Shown: positions 58,937 to 64,000 of the stretch, one piece after another
Layout: each line of letters starts with the position of its first letter
Position numbering within the stretch: the stretch's first letter is position 1
DNA from: Candidatus Heimdallarchaeota archaeon
GTDB taxonomy: Archaea; Asgardarchaeota; Heimdallarchaeia; JABLTI01
DNA length: 64,000 nt
Direction: 5' to 3'
Assembly (NCBI GenBank): GCA_019058275.1
Contig: JAHLVW010000036.1
Location: forward strand, 89,322 to 153,321
Notes under the pieces: model-generated
What the model saw: the letters and a program-made list of their open reading frames with translations, nothing else
Databases searched by the model: none
Told to the model about the DNA's origin: nothing
Position numbers and translations under genes: made by a program

Positions 58937-59443
58937 TTAATTCTTATTTTGTTTTTCATTATCTAACTTTATCATCTCATTGCAATCATTCAATGTTTCT
59001 TCCATTTTTGTCCAATGAGATCCTTTCCAATATATCTGGTCGCATTCTGCATTCTTGCATATCCAAAATTCATTGTAATGTAACTGTGTTAATTCTGATA
59101 TTTTATCCAAAATTTCATCCATTTCAATTTTTCTTATTTCCGAATTGCAAACAGAACACCTTGATAAAGTAGACTCAGAAAATGCTAATTCTAATCCAAC
59201 TTCTTTATGTAATTTTATTAGTCTCTCCTCAATTGTTGGTGCATCTAATGTTACAACTCTTATTCCGAGTTTTTCTGCTCTCCTCTTCAAATCTTCATCT
59301 CTAGTGATAAGAATCCTATTATCCTTTTTTGCTAATTGGATGTAATCTTGATCTACAAAATCCTCGTTGAGAATTGTATCGTAACCTAGCATTCTCAACC
59401 ATCGCGCGATTCGATTATACATTCTATCAACGATAAATTTCAT
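58937..59443 (-). CDS. Mut7-C RNase (PIN-fold) domain protein
   Basis: FIVDRM..RIARWLRMLGYD, LITRD, RCSVCN, YWKGSH. Confidence 0.9.
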   Translation of the reverse strand: MKFIVDRMYNRIARWLRMLGYDTILNEDFVDQDYIQLAKKDNRILITRDEDLKRRAEKLGIRVVTLDAPTIEERLIKLHKEVGLELAFSESTLSRCSVCNSEIRKIEMDEILDKISELTQLHYNEFWICKNAECDQIYWKGSHWTKMEETLNDCNEMIKLDNEKQNKN

Positions 59444-59493
59444 TTTCCTTTTTTTATCAGGTGTGATGATTCATCACTCCCCAAATTTTTATT

Positions 59494-60852
59494 TTAATCT
59501 TCATCAGCAAGAGTTTCTTTTGGGATTTTGTTTTTCTTTTGCAATATTTTTCCTGCTCTTGCTTTTGTTACAACATAGTCTTCTTCCTTTGACATAAATC
59601 CATTTACAAATACATACTTTGGAGTATAGAGTATTTCATTTCCGTCAAAGGGAGTCCATTTTGCTTTTGATTCAAAATTTACTGCGTTAATTTTTCCTTT
59701 TTCTTTAGCTACAATAACTATGTCTGCAAAATAACCTTCTTTTAATTCTCCACGTTTTTCGATTTTCATCAATTTCGCAGGATTTGTTGTTAATGTTGGT
59801 ATTAATTTTTCAAAAGTTATTTTTCCTTTTGCTGCTGCTGTAAACATCAGTGGTAAAAGCGTTTCTAGTCCATGTATACCTGCTGCTGCTGATTCAAATT
59901 CGCAATGTTTCTCATTATAAGAGTGTGGTGCATGATCCGTAGCAACGATTTTGATGATTTCTTCATTAAGTGCTTTCCATAGATATGCTTGGTCGTCACC
60001 TGTTCGCACTGGAGGTAAGCATTTTGCTTGTGCTTTTAATTTCTTTAAATCATCAGTTGTAAGTAGTAAATGGTGAGCACAGACTTCGCTTGAAAGATTA
60101 TTTTGATTCTTATTTTTTTGTAAAACCTCTATTGTTTCTTTTGCAGTTACATGTGCACAATGCAAGTGTGCATTTGTTTGTTTATTTAAATCTATGAAAT
60201 CGTTTAGTGCTTTACCTTCATCTACCTGATTATGTGCTTTTAGAAATGCTTCAATGTATGGCCTGTCATTTTCTATAAGTCGTTTTTCATTCTCTGCTGC
60301 ATATCCATTATCAGGATGAATTACTAATGGCAATTCAACCTCAGCTATCTGTCGCAAAAATAGTTGTAATTTTTCGTTGTTTTTTGGTGGATAGATTAGT
60401 GATGCAGGATAAATTTTGTATCCAAAAATACCTTCCTTTGCAATTGGAATTATTTCATCAACTTTTTCTGGAACTAGTGAATGAAACCCAATATTTGCTG
60501 CTGCTTTCCCTTGGATAATCTTTCTTTTATTTTGTAAGCGAATAGCAGTATTTGTTGGTGGTTTATTATTTGGCATATCAAGTACAGTTGTTACTCCACC
60601 AGAAATAGCTGATCTGGAACCTGTCTCCATGGTCTCTTTGTACTTTTGTTCTAGATCTCTAAAATGAACATGAATGTCTATAAGTCCCGGTATAATCAGT
60701 GCACCTTTAGCGTTAATTTTCAAAGAAGCTTTAGGCAGGGAGGGTTCTTTGCCGATTTTGACAATTTTATTACCATCAATGGAAATCCCCCCATAACGGA
60801 AACCGTCTGAGGTAAACAGATTACCATTTATTATATTGACATCGATTGTCAA
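59494..60852 (-). CDS. pyrC: Dihydroorotase family (amidohydrolase, multifunctional-complex type)
   Basis: PGLIDIHVHFR, GGVTTVLDMPN, EVCAHHL, ATDHAPH, SKAKWTPF. A related cyclic amidohydrolase is not excluded. Confidence 0.8.
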   Translation of the reverse strand: MTIDVNIINGNLFTSDGFRYGGISIDGNKIVKIGKEPSLPKASLKINAKGALIIPGLIDIHVHFRDLEQKYKETMETGSRSAISGGVTTVLDMPNNKPPTNTAIRLQNKRKIIQGKAAANIGFHSLVPEKVDEIIPIAKEGIFGYKIYPASLIYPPKNNEKLQLFLRQIAEVELPLVIHPDNGYAAENEKRLIENDRPYIEAFLKAHNQVDEGKALNDFIDLNKQTNAHLHCAHVTAKETIEVLQKNKNQNNLSSEVCAHHLLLTTDDLKKLKAQAKCLPPVRTGDDQAYLWKALNEEIIKIVATDHAPHSYNEKHCEFESAAAGIHGLETLLPLMFTAAAKGKITFEKLIPTLTTNPAKLMKIEKRGELKEGYFADIVIVAKEKGKINAVNFESKAKWTPFDGNEILYTPKYVFVNGFMSKEEDYVVTKARAGKILQKKNKIPKETLADED

Positions 60853-60876
60853 CTAACGAACTCCTCTTCTAGAACT

Positions 60877-61677
60877 CTATTTCTTACCTTCAACAATTGC
60901 TTTAGTGATATCAGTTAAAGTTACAATACCTACAAGTTTATCGGTATTATCTAATACAAAAACACCTTTGTAGTTTGTGTCTTGGAATACCTGTATTAAG
61001 TCACATAGGGGAGCCCTCTCATTTATTGTAGGAGGATCAGATTTCATTACTTGACCAACAAAGAATTCATGTAATCTGCTCTTTTGGTGTTTTGCTGGAA
61101 ATTGTTCTCTAAATCTTGCTAATGCATCTGCTAATGTCTCATCATCAATTATACCTATTATTGTTCCTTCATCCATAACAGGTAAAATGCTGAATTTCTT
61201 CTCTAGCATTGTATTTCTTGCTGAGAGAATTCTTTCACTTTCGGTTATTGTCACAGGATCATGTGTCATTAGATCATTTACTTTAATTTTCTTGCAAGTG
61301 TCATAGACTTTCAATAGATCAAATTTTCTTAGTAGACCCTTTAATTCCTCGTTTTCCATGACAAGTAGGCTTGAGATGCCTTTCTCTATCATTAGTTCTG
61401 CAGCGTTTTTTACATCCTCATTTGGATTTACAGATAATAATGGATAAGACATTGCACCTGACACTCGTAAACTTTTAGCAGAAATTCCCTCAGTTTTATG
61501 GGTTCCTAATTTATTTGCCACATCTCTGAAAGAAATTATACCGACTGGTTTTTCATTATGAATAACAATCAGTCGTGAGATGTCTTTTTTCTTTCTCATT
61601 AAGCCTAAGGCTTTAGCTAAATTAAGGTCTTTCTCTATAGTTTCAAAATCAGTTGTCATTACTTCAGAAACTTTCAT
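60877..61677 (-). CDS. CBS-domain protein (four CBS repeats)
   Basis: MKVSEVMT, GIIS.RD, VNDLMT, GIVTLTDI. Start at ATG 61677, preceded by GGAGG. Confidence 0.88.
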   Translation of the reverse strand: MKVSEVMTTDFETIEKDLNLAKALGLMRKKKDISRLIVIHNEKPVGIISFRDVANKLGTHKTEGISAKSLRVSGAMSYPLLSVNPNEDVKNAAELMIEKGISSLLVMENEELKGLLRKFDLLKVYDTCKKIKVNDLMTHDPVTITESERILSARNTMLEKKFSILPVMDEGTIIGIIDDETLADALARFREQFPAKHQKSRLHEFFVGQVMKSDPPTINERAPLCDLIQVFQDTNYKGVFVLDNTDKLVGIVTLTDITKAIVEGKK

Positions 61678-61769
61678 TAGATTTCCTCCTGGAAATAATA
61701 ATTCTCCTAATCTCCTGATTTTTTTCTTTTCTGTTTTTACGTGAAACAATCGTTTTTTATTAGTTATTA

Positions 61770-62423
61770 TCATTCAATATTCTGATCTATATTTATACAG
61801 TCACCACATAATGGAGCATCAATTTCATCGTTAGAAGGTGATCCTTCACACCATTGTCCACATTCTGAACAATAGAAACCTAAGGATAGGTCTTTTTGGT
61901 TTAACTCCGAATCTTCATCATAGTCTCCAAAAGCATAATCGATAATCATATCTGTTTCTCTTTGATTTCCGAAACCAATCCTTTCATATTCTAAAGCAAT
62001 TTCAAGTAAACTTGGAGTAACTCTTAGCAAGTCTCTATATGTAACAATTCCTGCAACAATATTCTCCTCTACAATAATTAATCTCCGGATATTCATTTTT
62101 GCCATTAATGACATTGCTTTAGCTACATCTAATGTTGGTGAAGCTGTAATTACTGGTTTTGTTGCGATTTCATCTACTGTTATTTTTGCTGGATTCTTAC
62201 CTATTGCAACCACTCGAGTAACAATATCTCTTTCAGTAATTATCCCTAAGGGTTTCTTTTCACCCTTCTTTGGTTGAATCATTATACTTCCAACACAGTT
62301 ATCTAGCATGAGCTTTGCTGCATCAGCTACAGATTGATCTGGATAGATAGAATGTACTGTAGAAGTCATTACTTCTGATATATCCATCTTGATTTTTGAT
62401 TCGTAGAAATTGTTGTTACTCAT
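61770..62423 (-). CDS. CBS-pair protein with a C-terminal Cys4 zinc finger
   Basis: GIITERDI, GIVTYRDL; CSECG...CGDC. Confidence 0.85.
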   Translation of the reverse strand: MSNNNFYESKIKMDISEVMTSTVHSIYPDQSVADAAKLMLDNCVGSIMIQPKKGEKKPLGIITERDIVTRVVAIGKNPAKITVDEIATKPVITASPTLDVAKAMSLMAKMNIRRLIIVEENIVAGIVTYRDLLRVTPSLLEIALEYERIGFGNQRETDMIIDYAFGDYDEDSELNQKDLSLGFYCSECGQWCEGSPSNDEIDAPLCGDCINIDQNIE

Positions 62424-62770
62424 TGAGATGACTCAGCTCCCAAAAAGTTCTAAGGAATATTATCTGTTTCATTTATTATAAATTGTTGTGAATAAACTTA
62501 AGAAATTTACAACGAAAAGTTCATAGTTTAAACAATTGAGGAGTAATTGTTAATTTTTAATCTTGAATTTTTTCTAATCATCTTGGAAAAATTTTTGATT
62601 ATAAACAGTTGATATTTATTTGTGTCAATGAAGAAACCTGACAAGTTGAATCAGGATCAATGCTTGGCTAGCACCTGGTAAGGACAAATCATAGTTACAC
62701 CGAGACACACATCTTACTTGTAAAGGGTTGTAAACTTGCAAAAGTATTCAAGTAATATGATGAGCTTGAA

Positions 62771-62980
62771 TTGGGTTCTCTCTATTGTTATGTTGATCCA
62801 GCAAAAAGCATGACTTCTAATGAAAAACAAAAAATCATTCCTAAATCATGTAAAGCTATTGGGTATGACAAATGTACTCTAGTTATAGTACCTACTACAA
62901 CTGAAGCGGATAGAGAGCATTTCGCAAAAATGGATGATAAATTACTTTCTCTTAATCCATATTTAGTTAGAGATTTTTAA
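62771..62980 (+). CDS. Hypothetical protein, possibly the remnant of a longer decayed ORF from ~62660
   Basis: The frame extends upstream to ATG 62660 across a TAG and a TAA; no recognised motif. Confidence 0.3.
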   Translation: MGSLYCYVDPAKSMTSNEKQKIIPKSCKAIGYDKCTLVIVPTTTEADREHFAKMDDKLLSLNPYLVRDF

Positions 62981-63020
62981 AGAAATAAATGAAGTGGTAG
63001 ATCTTGAAATCAAAAAATAA

Positions 63021-63977
63021 ATGGTGTCGAGGGCAAGTGTAGACCTCGCTTCAGCTCCCTTCAAAGAGACAGTTGAACGAAAATATTATCCAATTATTGA
63101 TGTTTTTCACGGTGTTAATCATTCTCCAAAGTACTTTGATTTTCATCTCTATTGTGATCAAATTCTAATTCCATTCAATCTTGTTTTTGAAGGTAAAATA
63201 AAACTTGATTATGTTCAATTCCTAAAAGAGCTAAATAAAACAATAGTTATTGATAGTGGTGCTGCAGCATTCCATATTGATGCTGAAAAGAAACGAGCAA
63301 AAGGAAAACAAGTAGGTTATCCTGAAGGATATCTTGAAAAGTATCTTGATTTCATAGAAGAAGTTCAGCCAGCATTTGCTTTTGCTTTAGATACTTGTTT
63401 TGAAGAGAAGGAATTTCAAACAATTCCTCAATTTGCCAGGAATATTATAAGACAGAAAGAAACAATAGAAGCTGCTCAAGAAAGAGGTTTATCAGTAAAA
63501 ATCTATCCTGTTGTCCAAGGCTGGGAAAGGATCTCTTATAGTTTCTCTGCTAGATTAACAGAAATTTTGATGAAAGAACATAAGTTAGATAGATTTGGCA
63601 TTGGTAGTATTTGCCGAGCCTTATCTGAAAGAGTATATGAAGTCTTATCCTGGATTGATCCAATTCTAGATTTATCTCAAGCTCATGCTTTTGGACAGAC
63701 TCAAAGAACAGCAGTTATTCTGAAAGAATTCGGAGTTAAATCACTAGATTCAGCTAATGCTACTAGTAATGCTGGACGTCTTTCCTATTGTGATCTTGAA
63801 GGAACCTGGTTCTATTCTAGAAAAAGTAAACAGGGTAGTAGAAAACATGATCTTGATCAAGGATTTCTTATTAATAGAGACAAATACCTCTATTTATTTT
63901 TCTTGAATGTTGAAAGTCTTGATTTTTCTTGTTTTAATATGGTTCCTGATTGGTGGGAACATCCAGTTTCTGGATAA
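63021..63977 (+). CDS. TGT-fold transglycosylase-like protein (DpdA / queuine-tRNA-ribosyltransferase-like)
   Basis: VIDSGA, LDTCFE, PVVQGW, FGIGSICR, HAFG and SLDSA motifs in TGT-barrel order. Confidence 0.65.
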   Translation: MVSRASVDLASAPFKETVERKYYPIIDVFHGVNHSPKYFDFHLYCDQILIPFNLVFEGKIKLDYVQFLKELNKTIVIDSGAAAFHIDAEKKRAKGKQVGYPEGYLEKYLDFIEEVQPAFAFALDTCFEEKEFQTIPQFARNIIRQKETIEAAQERGLSVKIYPVVQGWERISYSFSARLTEILMKEHKLDRFGIGSICRALSERVYEVLSWIDPILDLSQAHAFGQTQRTAVILKEFGVKSLDSANATSNAGRLSYCDLEGTWFYSRKSKQGSRKHDLDQGFLINRDKYLYLFFLNVESLDFSCFNMVPDWWEHPVSG

Positions 63978-64000
63978 TTTTGTTGAAAAATAAAAATGAA

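Noticed and set aside
199-60518. Short ORFs antisense to or overlapping well-supported genes (e.g. 199..423, 27580..27897, 33050..33505, 45974..46342, 58385..58672)
   Set aside because: These are shadow frames of real genes, with no motifs or independent signals.
1-64000. Genome-wide reassignment of TAG to an amino acid
   Set aside because: Many intact genes end in TAG, including glmS exactly at its conserved C-terminus (AKSVTVL*) and uvrA. At most, context-dependent read-through remains possible.
1-64000. CRISPR array, tRNA, rRNA, IS element
   Set aside because: I saw no regularly spaced repeats, cloverleaf/T-loop pattern, extended GC-rich RNA block or transposase motif by eye. A covariance-model scan was not possible.

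Overview
An AT-rich (roughly 30% GC by eye), gene-dense archaeal chromosomal segment. It is most consistent with an Asgard archaeon (Heimdallarchaeia-like). This is inferred from a eukaryote-type topoisomerase IB, RNA polymerase subunit Rpo12/RpoP, an alpha2-type GlyRS, a membrane protein with PCI-like winged helices, a 7TM plus longin-like protein, and several secreted proteins with C-terminal anchors. I saw no rRNA, tRNA, CRISPR array or transposase. The most striking locus is a class III ribonucleotide reductase operon (40.6-44.6 kb). A complete NrdR repressor is fused in frame to NrdD, and an NrdR-box-like site lies just downstream of the operon's TATA box. The glycyl-radical/Zn-finger C-terminus of NrdD is a separate 81-aa gene with its own RBS, followed by a CPNC redoxin and NrdG. 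Other highlights: an ATP-citrate-lyase-like pair with SucC-like features (SucD-like domain fused to a full citryl-CoA lyase); an ArsR-GyrI / nucleotidyltransferase / UvrA operon; a DpdA/TGT-like transglycosylase at the right edge; a free-standing LAGLIDADG domain; and candidate structured RNAs. At least six genes are broken by single-base frameshifts or in-frame TAG codons. These may be assembly errors, so single-residue oddities need read-level checks. All family assignments come from motif recognition, not database searches.
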